Of a stretch of DNA of 64,000 bases, positions 30,011-39,440 are shown one piece after another. Below the pieces are notes generated by a model. That model ran no database searches. It was not told the origin of the DNA and saw only the letters and a list, made by a program, of their open reading frames with translations. The position numbers were made by a program, and so were the translations under genes. Position 1 is the stretch's first letter. Each line of letters opens with the position of its first letter. This DNA comes from an uncultured Verrucomicrobiae bacterium (GTDB taxonomy: Bacteria; Verrucomicrobiota; Verrucomicrobiia; Chthoniobacterales; JAFAMB01): assembly GCA_963762565.1 (NCBI GenBank), contig CAVXLD010000005.1:160001-224000 (forward strand), read 5' to 3'.

Positions 30011-31138
30011 GTGAAGCTTTACATTATTGCTGGTGAGTCCAGTGGTGATGGCCATGCCGCGGTGTTGATGAGCGAACTGCTAGCGATCGCGCCGGAGATT
30101 GAGTTCTACGGTGCTGGCGGCGCCAAAATGCGGGAAGTGGGTGGCTCACACATCTTTGACTGGACGCAGGAAGCGGTTGTCGGGCTCTGGGATGTCCTAA
30201 TGAAATACCCGTACTTCCGAGGCCAGTTCTACCGGATGTACCATGAGATTGTCGACTTACAGCCAAGTGCTGTGATTTTTGTGGATTATCCGGGCTTCAA
30301 CCTTCGACTGGCTCGTTATCTTCACCGGAAAGGGTTCCCCGGAAAGAAGATTTATTATATTAGTCCGCAAGTTTGGGCCTGGAACCAGGGTCGGATCCCG
30401 AAGATGTCCTGCTTCCTCGATTTAATGTTATGCATCTTTCCGTTCGAAAAGCCACTGTATGAAGCCAGCGGACTGCGCACTGAGTTCGTGGGACACCCCA
30501 TGCTGGCGCATCTTGAAAAACGGAGAATTTCTGCGACCCGGGATCAAAAGTTAGTCGGCCTGCTTCCCGGTAGCCGGGAGCGAGAGGTTCGCCGGATCCT
30601 CCCCACTATGTTAACCGCGGCGTTGTTACTCAAGCAACGGGAAGCTGCACTGCACTTTGAGGTGTCAGCTGCTTCCGAGAAAATGACCGCTTTGATCAAG
30701 AGAATCGCGGCTACCGCCGAATTTACCGAGCTACCCATCAGCGTGGGTGATGCTTCGGGGCTTATGCAACGCGCTGCTGTGGGAATGGTGGCCTCGGGTA
30801 CCGCTACGATGGAGGCGAGTTTTTTTCGATTTCCTTTTGTACTGATCTATAAGGTGTCCTGGTTGACGTTTATTCCAGGGCGGTTGCTGGTCCGAGTTCA
30901 ACATCTCGGTATGCCGAACATTCTTGCGGGCCGCACGATGATCCCGGAGTTTATCCAACATCAGGCGCGTCCGGAAGCGATTGCGGACGCAGTTTGGCAG
31001 CTTTATAGCGATGAGTCCTATCGGGATTCCATGATCCGCGGTATGGACGAGGTAATTTTGCAACTCACCGAAGTAGAAGCTGGCCACCGGGCAGCGGAAG
31101 TAATTTTACATGAATTAGGTACCCCAGCGCTGAAATGA
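30011..31138 (+). CDS. lpxB: Lipid-A-disaccharide synthase
   Basis: AGESSGD, DYPGFN, SPQVWAW, LLPGSR, ASGTAT; likely GTG start at 30011. Confidence 0.95.
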   Translation: MKLYIIAGESSGDGHAAVLMSELLAIAPEIEFYGAGGAKMREVGGSHIFDWTQEAVVGLWDVLMKYPYFRGQFYRMYHEIVDLQPSAVIFVDYPGFNLRLARYLHRKGFPGKKIYYISPQVWAWNQGRIPKMSCFLDLMLCIFPFEKPLYEASGLRTEFVGHPMLAHLEKRRISATRDQKLVGLLPGSREREVRRILPTMLTAALLLKQREAALHFEVSAASEKMTALIKRIAATAEFTELPISVGDASGLMQRAAVGMVASGTATMEASFFRFPFVLIYKVSWLTFIPGRLLVRVQHLGMPNILAGRTMIPEFIQHQARPEAIADAVWQLYSDESYRDSMIRGMDEVILQLTEVEAGHRAAEVILHELGTPALK

Positions 31139-31281
31139 TTATTAGTATTGAATTAATCTACTTCGACCCTTAGGATGCCGTCACTTTGGCCCTGTGACGT
31201 GGTTACGGTTAGGTGGCAAGACTGGAATAAGTACAATTTTTGCAGTGACTCATCTGCTAGCAGTACTGAGGAGTTTGCCTT

Positions 31282-31665
31282 GTGAATAGGATCGGCTGTT
31301 CTATCAATCGTGAAGTTAAAGTAGCTAGAGACGACGGCAGCTTTTTTCTGCAGCGTTCAATCTGTTCGATTGAGCTGAAGTTCGAGGTTGAAACCGAAGT
31401 TTTCATCGCCATCGCCTGGCACACCGGAGCCAAGTTATTGGGCCACGGCCGCAAAGAATGGAAATCCGATAGTTTGGCCAAGGCAATTAAGGAGATGCGC
31501 GAGTATGCCCCTACTCCAGAAGTGCCTTACGCGGCCTGTCTCATGGATATCTTGGCTCAGTTGCCGTTGAATGTCGTGAAGTTTAATCCAGACGAAGCCG
31601 GCGAGAACGCAGGTACTGCAGCTCAGGATCAATCTGATATTCAGCGATCGTCTTCGGCTTCTTGA
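31282..31665 (+). CDS. Hypothetical protein
   Basis: 127-aa ORF filling the gap between lpxB and the HIT gene; no recognised motif. Confidence 0.5.
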   Translation: MNRIGCSINREVKVARDDGSFFLQRSICSIELKFEVETEVFIAIAWHTGAKLLGHGRKEWKSDSLAKAIKEMREYAPTPEVPYAACLMDILAQLPLNVVKFNPDEAGENAGTAAQDQSDIQRSSSAS

Positions 31666-31740
31666 AAACCTGATCGCCCCTTGCTAGCGAGGGGTCCCGC
31701 GGCCGCGGGATGTGCCTAGGCATTTTGCACGAATTAATCT

Positions 31741-32265
31741 GTGGACGAGTATAAGCAGTTTGTTGAGTCGCTGTGGGCGCCTTGGCGGGTCGAATATTTC
31801 GAACGGCGCGAACAGGACCAAGATTTCCTCGAGACGGCGGCGCATACTTCTAACGACGCCGAGCATCTAGTGGTTTACCGAAGAAAGAGCGGGTTTCTGA
31901 TCATGAATCGTTACCCATACTCAGTAGGGCACTTGATGGCTGTGCCGTATCGAAAAGTGAGCGAGCTCGAGGCTCTGACGCCAGCAGAACGCTGCGAATT
32001 ACTGGACCTGGCCCTTTACGCGCAAAAGTTGCTTCGAGATGTGATGAAGGCCCAAGGGTTCAATGTCGGGTTCAACCTTGGCTCCGCGGCGGGCGCCGGG
32101 GTTGAGGCGCATGTCCATCTTCATATCGTGCCTCGCTGGAGGGGAGACCACAATTTTATGCCGGTCCTCGGCCGGACACGAGTGATTTCCGAGGGCCTGC
32201 AGGGTCTTTACGAAAAGCTGATAGCGGCTGTCGGGCGGAATCCTTGGGTTAATGATCAGGGGTGA
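31741..32265 (+). CDS. HIT family hydrolase (Ap4A phosphorylase-like)
   Basis: LWAPWR, NRYPY..GHLM, HVHLHIVPRW.GD. Confidence 0.92.
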   Translation: MDEYKQFVESLWAPWRVEYFERREQDQDFLETAAHTSNDAEHLVVYRRKSGFLIMNRYPYSVGHLMAVPYRKVSELEALTPAERCELLDLALYAQKLLRDVMKAQGFNVGFNLGSAAGAGVEAHVHLHIVPRWRGDHNFMPVLGRTRVISEGLQGLYEKLIAAVGRNPWVNDQG

Positions 32266-32378
32266 TTCGTCGTCGAGCCAGCCATCGCGGGATAGCCGGT
32301 CGTACTCGTTCTCGTCGTCGAAAGAGGGGGTGTGCTAGCTGATGTGGAGTCGATCTGGTGGACAGCAGTCGACGGTTA

Positions 32379-32609
32379 TTGTCCCGAAGGGACTCAATGA
32401 AGGTAGCCAGGCATGAAATGCCTGGTAATTGGTAAACATGATCCGTCCCGGAGGGAACGGTATGATCCAAGGCGCTAGGTTTTGTTCACGTCCAAGACAA
32501 TCGTAAACTCTCGCCGACTCATCGTACCGTCCCGCCGGGACGGTACGCCTGGGATGCGTTTCCCAGGCATTTCATGCCAGGCTACTATCACCTAGTCCCT
32601 TCGGGACAA
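32379..32609. mobile_element. MITE/REPIN-like palindromic element, family D
   Basis: Terminal inverted repeat ttgtcccgaagggact/agtcccttcgggacaa; inner inverted repeats tagccaggcatgaaatgcctgg/ccaggcatttcatgccaggcta. Confidence 0.75.
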
Positions 32610-32697
32610 AACCTATCCGGTACCTGTCCGCAAAATCGACGCCACTCCACCTTCGAGCACGAGGACGACGACGAGGACGATTACGAGCGATACAAAA

Positions 32698-32728
32698 CAG
32701 AAAAGGCGAACAAGCGTTCGCCTTTCTG
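32698..32728 (-). terminator. Probable terminator for sugar ABC operon
   Basis: cagaaaaggcgaac-aagc-gttcgcctttctg hairpin with T-rich tail on minus strand. Confidence 0.55.
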
Positions 32729-32788
32729 CCAGAGGGCTGCTTGGCCAGAGAAAGACCGCCCGGCTGCGATCCTTCCTATAAGCGCGAC

Positions 32789-33847
32789 CTAAAAGTTGAA
32801 TTGGTCGATGTTGTCCTTGGTAAAAACAGTCGGGGGACCAAGCAAGACTTGGCTGCCGTTGATGACCTTGAGTTTACCGAGCTTGCCGCATTCGACTTCG
32901 GTATCGCCCGGTTTGAGTTTTCCATCGATTACTGCCCGCATTACATAAGCTGAGGCGTAACCGAGATCGACCGGGCTCCAAAGCACATCACTCTTGACCG
33001 CGCCGTTTTTAATGAACGGCTTCATTTGATTTGGGGTGGACTGGCCTACGACTGCAATTTTACCGATCAGACCCGCTTGAGTGATTGCGTCCGCCGCGCC
33101 CGGGAACGCCACACTGGAGAGACCGATAATCCCTTTGACGTTGGGATATCCTTTAATGATTTCGCCGGTCACTTGAAACGCCTTCTGCTGATCTTCTTCA
33201 GCGGGAACGATCGTTACCAAGTGGAGGTCAGGGTAGGCCGACGCGATGTATTTTTTGATTTCGGCAATCCAGGCGTTTTGACCCGCTGCGGTCAAAGAGC
33301 TCGTCACGATCGCGAAATCGGCTTTTTTCCCAATCTCAGCGACCAGGCAATCGATATCAGCCTTGGCAACAGCATCCGGTGTGCACATTTGAACGAACCA
33401 CTCGCGCGCATCGGGCTGAGATTCGGCGTCATAACCGACGACGTGAATACCGGCCTTGAGCGCCTTCCGGAGCACAGGCGAGATTGCGACCGGATCGTTG
33501 GCGGCAAAAAAGATACCATCGACCCCTTTGGAGACGGCGTTGTCGATGAACTCAATTTGCTTCTGGATATCGCCTTCCGTCGGCGCATCCGTGCTGACTT
33601 CGGTCGGAACACCGTTCTTGGTCATTTCGGCGCATGCATCCGCGATCCCTTTGGAAGTCGCATTGAAATACCCGATGCCGACGAGCTTCGGAATATCAGC
33701 TAGCACGACCTTCTTGCCCTTCAAGTCTTTTGGATTGGTGGCTTTGCCGCCGTTGTAAGCAGTATCGGCGCCGAACGCAGTCACGGTCAGAGCCGTAACC
33801 AAAGCGAAAATCGATTTGGTTAAGGTAATTGGTGTAGGTGGTTTCAT
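32789..33847 (-). CDS. Sugar ABC substrate-binding protein (RhaS/LsrB-like)
   Basis: Signal peptide, IPKLVGIGYF, LWSPVDLGY, FTKDNIDQFNF. Confidence 0.9.
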   Translation of the reverse strand: MKPPTPITLTKSIFALVTALTVTAFGADTAYNGGKATNPKDLKGKKVVLADIPKLVGIGYFNATSKGIADACAEMTKNGVPTEVSTDAPTEGDIQKQIEFIDNAVSKGVDGIFFAANDPVAISPVLRKALKAGIHVVGYDAESQPDAREWFVQMCTPDAVAKADIDCLVAEIGKKADFAIVTSSLTAAGQNAWIAEIKKYIASAYPDLHLVTIVPAEEDQQKAFQVTGEIIKGYPNVKGIIGLSSVAFPGAADAITQAGLIGKIAVVGQSTPNQMKPFIKNGAVKSDVLWSPVDLGYASAYVMRAVIDGKLKPGDTEVECGKLGKLKVINGSQVLLGPPTVFTKDNIDQFNF

Positions 33848-35889
33848 GTAGGTGTCGGGGGTGGGTTGGATTTGGTAAATCGGCGACCGGAACGCATAAG
33901 GCTTTCGAGCAGCTGATTTAGCAAAATGGAGATGATCAGAACGGCTCCGATCAGGATGACGGTGGCTTCGCCGCGGAAACCAGACAGCTGGAGGCCGTTC
34001 TTCAAAAGTTCGATAGTGACGACGCCGAGAGCGGTGCCAACAATAGTCCCGCGGCCGCCGACGATGCTGGTGCCGCCAAACACCACGGCCGCAATGACGT
34101 CCAGCTCCATTCCGGTGGCGGCATCGGCTCGAGTGCTAGTAAACCGGGAGGTTAGGATGAAGCCGGCGATGCCGGCCATAAAGCCGCTAAAAGTGTAGGC
34201 AAACAGTTTGATCCGATTAACTGGGATCCCGGCAAAGCGAGCGGCGGTCTCATTGTTCCCGATGGCGTAGATCGAACGACCTAAGGGGGTGGCTGCCAAT
34301 ACGACCGCGCTAATGATCAGGACCAGAAGTAAGAGGTAAAACTGGAAAGGCAACCCGAAGATCTCGCCGCTGCCGAAGAAAGCAAAAGAATCCGGGAATC
34401 CGTTAGCGGATCGAGATTCACTAATACCCAACGAAAGACCCCGATAGATAGCCAGGGTGGCCAAAGTGACGATCAGCGGAGGAACGCGCAGATAGACGAT
34501 AGCCAAGCCATTTAATAACCCGGCCAAAGACCCGGTCACGATGCCGACCATTACGGCCAGCCAGAGAGGCAATCCAAAGCTCTCCCAGGAAAATCCTAGC
34601 GCGATGGCGCTGAGCGCCAGCATCGATCCGACCGACAGATCGATGCCGCCAAGGATGATAATGAAGGTCATGGGTACGGCCAGCAGAGCAACCTCGGCTA
34701 GGAACCGAATTTGATTCATGAGGTTTGCGGCCGTGAGAAACCGATCGGTCCTAAAAGATAGGACGATCATCACGATGACCAGCACACCGAACAACAACGT
34801 CTCTTGCAGAGTCAGCCAACGGATACCGAAAAGTGTCGGAGAAGCAGCTTCCTGACCGCCGCCTGCCGTGGCTAATGCAACTGAGGCGCCCGGAGTGCGG
34901 CGCCGCCGGAAAACGTCCAACAAAATGGTCAAAAGGATGAGCGCACCCTGTACGGCCTGAAACCATTCCGCCCGGATGTGTAAGAAGACCAAAGCGGTCC
35001 CGATGGTTTGGAGAAGAATCGCTCCAAACAGCGCTCCGATCACCGTTCCGGTGCCACCAAGGATGCTGACTCCTCCGATTACCGCGGCCGTGATAACGGT
35101 CAGTTCAAAACCAGGCGCAACATTGGACTGAATCGCTGTGAAGTTAGTGGCGTAAATGATAGAGGCGACTCCCACCAAAAGTCCGTTCAGGAAGAATACC
35201 TTGATGGTTACCGCCCGCTGCGAAATCCCGGACAACCGTGCAGCCTCCCCATTGCCGCCGACTGCATAAGGTTCGCGGCCGGTAGAAAAAAACTTGAGCC
35301 AGATCGAGAAGATCGCGCCCAACGCGAGCATGCCGAAAATCGGGACCGGTATGCCTAAAACGTGTTCGCGACTGATGCTAAAATCCGGCGGTAAGCCATA
35401 GATCCATCTGCCGCCCGTCGCGAGAATCAGTCCACCCTTGAGGATGCTGGCCATGCCGAGAGTCGTCACGATGGCGGGAATGCGGCCATACGCGATCAGC
35501 ACCCCGTTGAGCAGACCGATCACGCCTCCGGTTAAAATCGTAACCGGGAAGACCAAATACATCGGTTGATGCGCGACCGCGAGTTCGCCCGCGACGGTCG
35601 CACAAATACCCAGGGCTGCTCCGACGGAGATGTCGATATGACCGCAAAGTATGACCATGGTCATACCGATCCCGGCGACGCCGATATAGGAAGAATTGTA
35701 AAGGATGTCGACTAGATTGCTCGGTTGGGCGAAGCCGGGATTAACCAGCGTGACTCCGGCAAAGACGATAATGAACGTCAGAACCAGCACTGTTTCCTGC
35801 TGGTTCAGCCAAGAAAGCCAGCCGGCGACAGAAGCGCGAGTAGAGGGTGAAAGGCCCGGAGCCGAGGGCGGTAAGGTCTCTGTACTCAT
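33844..35889 (-). CDS. Fused double sugar ABC permease (two RbsC-type domains)
   Basis: Two copies of IDxSVG, YAxGxN.EAARxxGI and ELxVIxAxVxGGxSIxGG motifs in one ORF; start at ATG 35889. Confidence 0.9.
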   Translation of the reverse strand: MSTETLPPSAPGLSPSTRASVAGWLSWLNQQETVLVLTFIIVFAGVTLVNPGFAQPSNLVDILYNSSYIGVAGIGMTMVILCGHIDISVGAALGICATVAGELAVAHQPMYLVFPVTILTGGVIGLLNGVLIAYGRIPAIVTTLGMASILKGGLILATGGRWIYGLPPDFSISREHVLGIPVPIFGMLALGAIFSIWLKFFSTGREPYAVGGNGEAARLSGISQRAVTIKVFFLNGLLVGVASIIYATNFTAIQSNVAPGFELTVITAAVIGGVSILGGTGTVIGALFGAILLQTIGTALVFLHIRAEWFQAVQGALILLTILLDVFRRRRTPGASVALATAGGGQEAASPTLFGIRWLTLQETLLFGVLVIVMIVLSFRTDRFLTAANLMNQIRFLAEVALLAVPMTFIIILGGIDLSVGSMLALSAIALGFSWESFGLPLWLAVMVGIVTGSLAGLLNGLAIVYLRVPPLIVTLATLAIYRGLSLGISESRSANGFPDSFAFFGSGEIFGLPFQFYLLLLVLIISAVVLAATPLGRSIYAIGNNETAARFAGIPVNRIKLFAYTFSGFMAGIAGFILTSRFTSTRADAATGMELDVIAAVVFGGTSIVGGRGTIVGTALGVVTIELLKNGLQLSGFRGEATVILIGAVLIISILLNQLLESLMRSGRRFTKSNPPPTPT

Positions 35890-35899
35890 CAGAAACGCA

Positions 35900-37465
35900 T
35901 TAGTTTGAATGCCCGTTCTCCGGCTGGCCAATGGCGGCCGCCAAGATCGCTTCCTCGCTGGCATCGCGCCGATCAAATTCCGCAACGGAACGACCTTCCC
36001 GCATTACACAGATGCGATCACTGACCCGCAGAATCTCGGGCAAATCGCTGGAGATAACGAGCACGGCGATTTTTTCATTTCGAGCGAGGTGATCAAGTAA
36101 ACGATGAATTTCGGCGCGAGCTCCGACGTCGATGCCTCGGGTTGGCTCATCGACGATGAGTAACTTGGGTTTAGTGGCCAGCCATTTCGCCACTACAATC
36201 TTTTGTTGGTTGCCGCCGGAAAGATTGCGGGCGACTTGGCGGATACTGGGTGTCTTAATTCGCAAAGCGGCGACGTACTCTTCGGCCAACCGGTCCTCCG
36301 CCCCGAAATCGAGGAACGGACCTTTGGTTAGTTTCCACAAACGAGTAAGGCCGATATTTTGGCCGACGGTCATGGCAGTGAGTAAGCCTTGCCTTTGCCG
36401 GTCTTCTGGAACGTAGGCGATGCCGAGTTCAATAGCCTGTTCCGGGCTCCTGATGTCCACCGGCTTACCATCGAGTTCAATCGAACCGGCCTCAGGCGGC
36501 GCGATACCAAAAATGGTCTGCGCGAGTTCAGTCCGCCCGGATCCGATCAGCCCAGCCATGCCCACAATTTCACCCGCTCGAAGCTCGATGCTGGCATCCT
36601 TGAGCAACGGCCGTCTTGCCAGGTTCTTCGCCCGCAACACAACCGGAAGACTTTCAGATAACTGACCCAAGTGCGGCGCCGGTTCTTGCGCTAGAGCGCG
36701 CCCTACCATCATGCGAATGAGCTCGTTTTCGTTGGTCTCTTTTGCCGATTTTACTCCGACCAGCTTTCCATCTCGGAGGACCGTGACTCTATCCGCCAAC
36801 ATGAAAATTTCTTCCAAACGGTGGCTAATGTAGATGATGGCGACCTCCTGTTCGCGTAGCCGGCGGATTACGCTGAACAAACGTTCAGTATCATGCTGGG
36901 TAAGAACGGCGGTCGGCTCATCGAGAATCAGAATCCGGGCCTGACGCGATAGCGCCTTTGCGATTTCGACTCGTTGACGATTCCCTACGGAAAGCGCGCC
37001 AACCCGGCTCGTGACTTCAAGGTCGGTCGCCTCCAATGAATCCAGCAGGGTACGAGCTTGGCGGTTCGCCTTTGGCCAGTCCAGCGCGGTTCCGAAGAAC
37101 GTCCGGGGCATATGGCCGGTGAAGATATTCTCTGCCACGGTGAGTTCCGGGTAGAGGCTGAATTCCTGATAGATGGTGGCGATACCAAGGCGTTGGGCTT
37201 CTCCCGGGTTTGCTAGATTAACGGGTTGGCCGTTGACAAGGATCTCTCCCCGATCAGGGCGATAAACGCCGGATACGATCTTGATCAAGGTGGATTTGCC
37301 GGCGCCGTTTTCTCCCAGTAAGGCGTGCACCTCGCCCGGCTTTACGTCGAAAGACACATCAGCCAACGCCACCACACCGGGGAAAGCCTTCGTAACGTTC
37401 CGAAGCTCCAGGGCTGGCGGTACGCTGGTCGGGGATGAAGATTCCGTGGCGGCTAGGTCGGCCAT
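35900..37465 (-). CDS. Sugar ABC transporter ATP-binding protein (two NBDs)
   Basis: [27 protein letters not shown]; probable start 37465. Confidence 0.93.
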   Translation of the reverse strand: MADLAATESSSPTSVPPALELRNVTKAFPGVVALADVSFDVKPGEVHALLGENGAGKSTLIKIVSGVYRPDRGEILVNGQPVNLANPGEAQRLGIATIYQEFSLYPELTVAENIFTGHMPRTFFGTALDWPKANRQARTLLDSLEATDLEVTSRVGALSVGNRQRVEIAKALSRQARILILDEPTAVLTQHDTERLFSVIRRLREQEVAIIYISHRLEEIFMLADRVTVLRDGKLVGVKSAKETNENELIRMMVGRALAQEPAPHLGQLSESLPVVLRAKNLARRPLLKDASIELRAGEIVGMAGLIGSGRTELAQTIFGIAPPEAGSIELDGKPVDIRSPEQAIELGIAYVPEDRQRQGLLTAMTVGQNIGLTRLWKLTKGPFLDFGAEDRLAEEYVAALRIKTPSIRQVARNLSGGNQQKIVVAKWLATKPKLLIVDEPTRGIDVGARAEIHRLLDHLARNEKIAVLVISSDLPEILRVSDRICVMREGRSVAEFDRRDASEEAILAAAIGQPENGHSN

Positions 37466-37651
37466 TTTTATGACGCAATCAGGGTCACAAACGGGGGGAT
37501 GGACTATTTTTCTAGGAGCAACGGTATCCGTTTGTTCTGGGGTTTTCGGAAAAAGATGCCGGTAATACATGCATGGAAAAAGGAGGGGGTGTCAATAAAT
37601 AAATCGGAATGATTTATTTTTGGAGAGAGGTATCGACCTCATGGCTAATTT

Positions 37652-37886
37652 GGTGGGGCGAGGCTCCGGAAAGGCCGTCAACATTTCGCAACGCGACGTC
37701 GTTTGCATAGACCATGGTAGTGCTGGTCGAAAAAGCTGCCGAGCCGGACCCAGGGTTTGCCATGTCCTCGAGATTAAGAGACGTTGGGATCGGCTCGGCG
37801 GCGAGTCGGTGCTGCACACAATGTCGGTACGAAAGCCCAGTCGTTCTGTTGGATTTCTGTCGGCCGTTCCGGAGCCTCGCCCCACC
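37652..37886. repeat. REPIN-like four-arm cassette, family B copy 2
   Basis: GGTGGGGCGAGGCTCCGG-68nt-GCCGAGCCG-44nt-CGGCTCGGC-69nt-CCGGAGCCTCGCCCCACC. Confidence 0.85.
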
Positions 37887-37933
37887 AAATTAACGACCCG
37901 CCCTACCGCCCGCGCACCAATTTCCGACATCAC

Positions 37934-38050
37934 AATACTCCAGTACTCCGCTACTCCGCTACTCCATCAACCCCGCGCACCGATTCCGAGGACGAGAACG
38001 ACGACCAGAACGAGAACGAGAACGAGAACGAGAACGAGAACGAGAACGAA
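37934..38050. repeat. STR arrays: octamer (NTACTCCR) and hexamer (GAGAAC)x6
   Basis: Six perfect GAGAAC units at 38012-38047; related GAGGAC/GACGAC arrays at 32300-32323 and 32652-32690. Confidence 0.85.
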
Positions 38051-38061
38051 GCGATCGTGCG

Positions 38062-38820
38062 CTACCAGCAAGTATACCCGCCGTCGACAACCAAATTGCT
38101 GCCGGTGAAATAGCTGCTCGCATCCGACGCCAGGAAAACAACGGCGGCAGCGACCTCGCGTGGTTCGCCGACGCGTCCCATCGGAGTGAAATCCAGCCAA
38201 TACTTGTACCACTCGGTATTGGTCATTCCTTCCTTGGTCATCTCCGTACCAATGTAACCTGGAGACACGCTGTTCACCCGGACGCCGCGCTTAGCCCATT
38301 CACCGGCCAGGGATTTAGTGAGCATAATCACGCCTGCTTTCGACGTGTTATAGGCAGATTGCGGTTGAGGAACGTTTGAGATCACACCGGACATCGATGC
38401 CGTATTGATGATGCTGCCTTGGCCTTGCTTAAGCATCACCTTCCCGAATTCGCGGCAACAGAAAAAAACCGCGTTCAGATTGATGTTGATCACCTTAAGC
38501 CATTGCTCGTCGGTGCATTCTTCGGAGGGCACATTGACCGCGATTCCCGCGTTATTGAATGCGATATCGATGCGGTTGTGCTTAGCAACGATATCGGCAG
38601 CCAGCTGAGCGACCTGGTCGGATTTCGTGAGATCAACGGGAAAGAAATCGGCTTCGAGCTCTGCAGCTGCTTTGGGTCCGGCTTCGCGGTTTATATCGAC
38701 AATAACCACCTTGGCGCCGCATTCTCGCAATGCCTTGGCTGATTCGAAGCCGATTCCGCGAGCACCGCCAGTTACGACGGCGACCCTGCCGTCGAGTGGG
38801 GTAAGGGGGGAGTAAGTCAT
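38062..38820 (-). CDS. SDR family oxidoreductase (polyol/sugar dehydrogenase-like)
   Basis: [24 protein letters not shown]; start at ATG 38820. Confidence 0.92.
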   Translation of the reverse strand: MTYSPLTPLDGRVAVVTGGARGIGFESAKALRECGAKVVIVDINREAGPKAAAELEADFFPVDLTKSDQVAQLAADIVAKHNRIDIAFNNAGIAVNVPSEECTDEQWLKVININLNAVFFCCREFGKVMLKQGQGSIINTASMSGVISNVPQPQSAYNTSKAGVIMLTKSLAGEWAKRGVRVNSVSPGYIGTEMTKEGMTNTEWYKYWLDFTPMGRVGEPREVAAAVVFLASDASSYFTGSNLVVDGGYTCW

Positions 38821-38883
38821 GGATGACCAATTGTTCGCGATGAGAACGGTTGTCAAGCGCGCGCAGCGCGCTTAGCGCTTACA

Positions 38884-39125
38884 GCGCTTCGCGCATAGCC
38901 AATAGCCAATAGCCGATAGCCAAGACGCGAAGCGCATGACAGATGACAAATGACAAATGGGCATGGCCACATGGGCGAATCGTGGAGCGTGCCATCTAGT
39001 GGCAAAGGGAAAGAGGCCGAATGGTCGGGTAGTCAGGAATTTTTTATGTCTGACCGGTCAGCGAATGAGATTCAATCTGTCATTTGTCATGCGCTTCGCG
39101 TTGGCTATTGGCTATCGGCTATTGA
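38884..39125. repeat. Long inverted repeat built from AATAGCC and ATGACAR heptamers
   Basis: atagccaatagccgatagccaagacgcgaagcgcatgacagatgacaaat ... atctgtcatttgtcatgcgcttcgcgttggctattggctatcggctat. Confidence 0.8.
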
Positions 39126-39199
39126 TCATTCACGCTGCGCTAATAGCGGCGTGATTCGGCTTGCCATCGTAGGCACAATCTGTAGTATCTGAAATCGTC

Positions 39200-39430
39200 A
39201 TGGCCACCTATATCTATGAGACGGTGCCCGACTCCGCAGAAATTCCAACGCGGAGGTTTGAGGTTCGGCAGAGCATGCTTGATGCGCCGCTGACTCGCGA
39301 TCCCGAAACCGGACAGCCAGTACGGCGCGTTATCTCCGGCGGTTTCGGGCTCATGACCGGGTCCAAGAATGCTCCTTCATCAGGGTCATCCTCGTCCTCC
39401 TGTGGCTCTGGCCACTGTGGCTGTTGCTAG
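39200..39430 (+). CDS. FmdB-like small regulatory protein (Cys-less ribbon, Cys-rich tail)
   Basis: MATYIYE..., FEVRQSM.DAPLT.DPETGQPVRRVIS, C-terminal CGSGHCGCC. Confidence 0.75.
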   Translation: MATYIYETVPDSAEIPTRRFEVRQSMLDAPLTRDPETGQPVRRVISGGFGLMTGSKNAPSSGSSSSSCGSGHCGCC

Positions 39431-39440
39431 CGCAAGCTTG

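Noticed and set aside
37620..38212. ORFs with RTRTRT, NENENE or VLVLVL tracts
   Set aside because: Translations of the (GAGAAC)n array and the family B cassette
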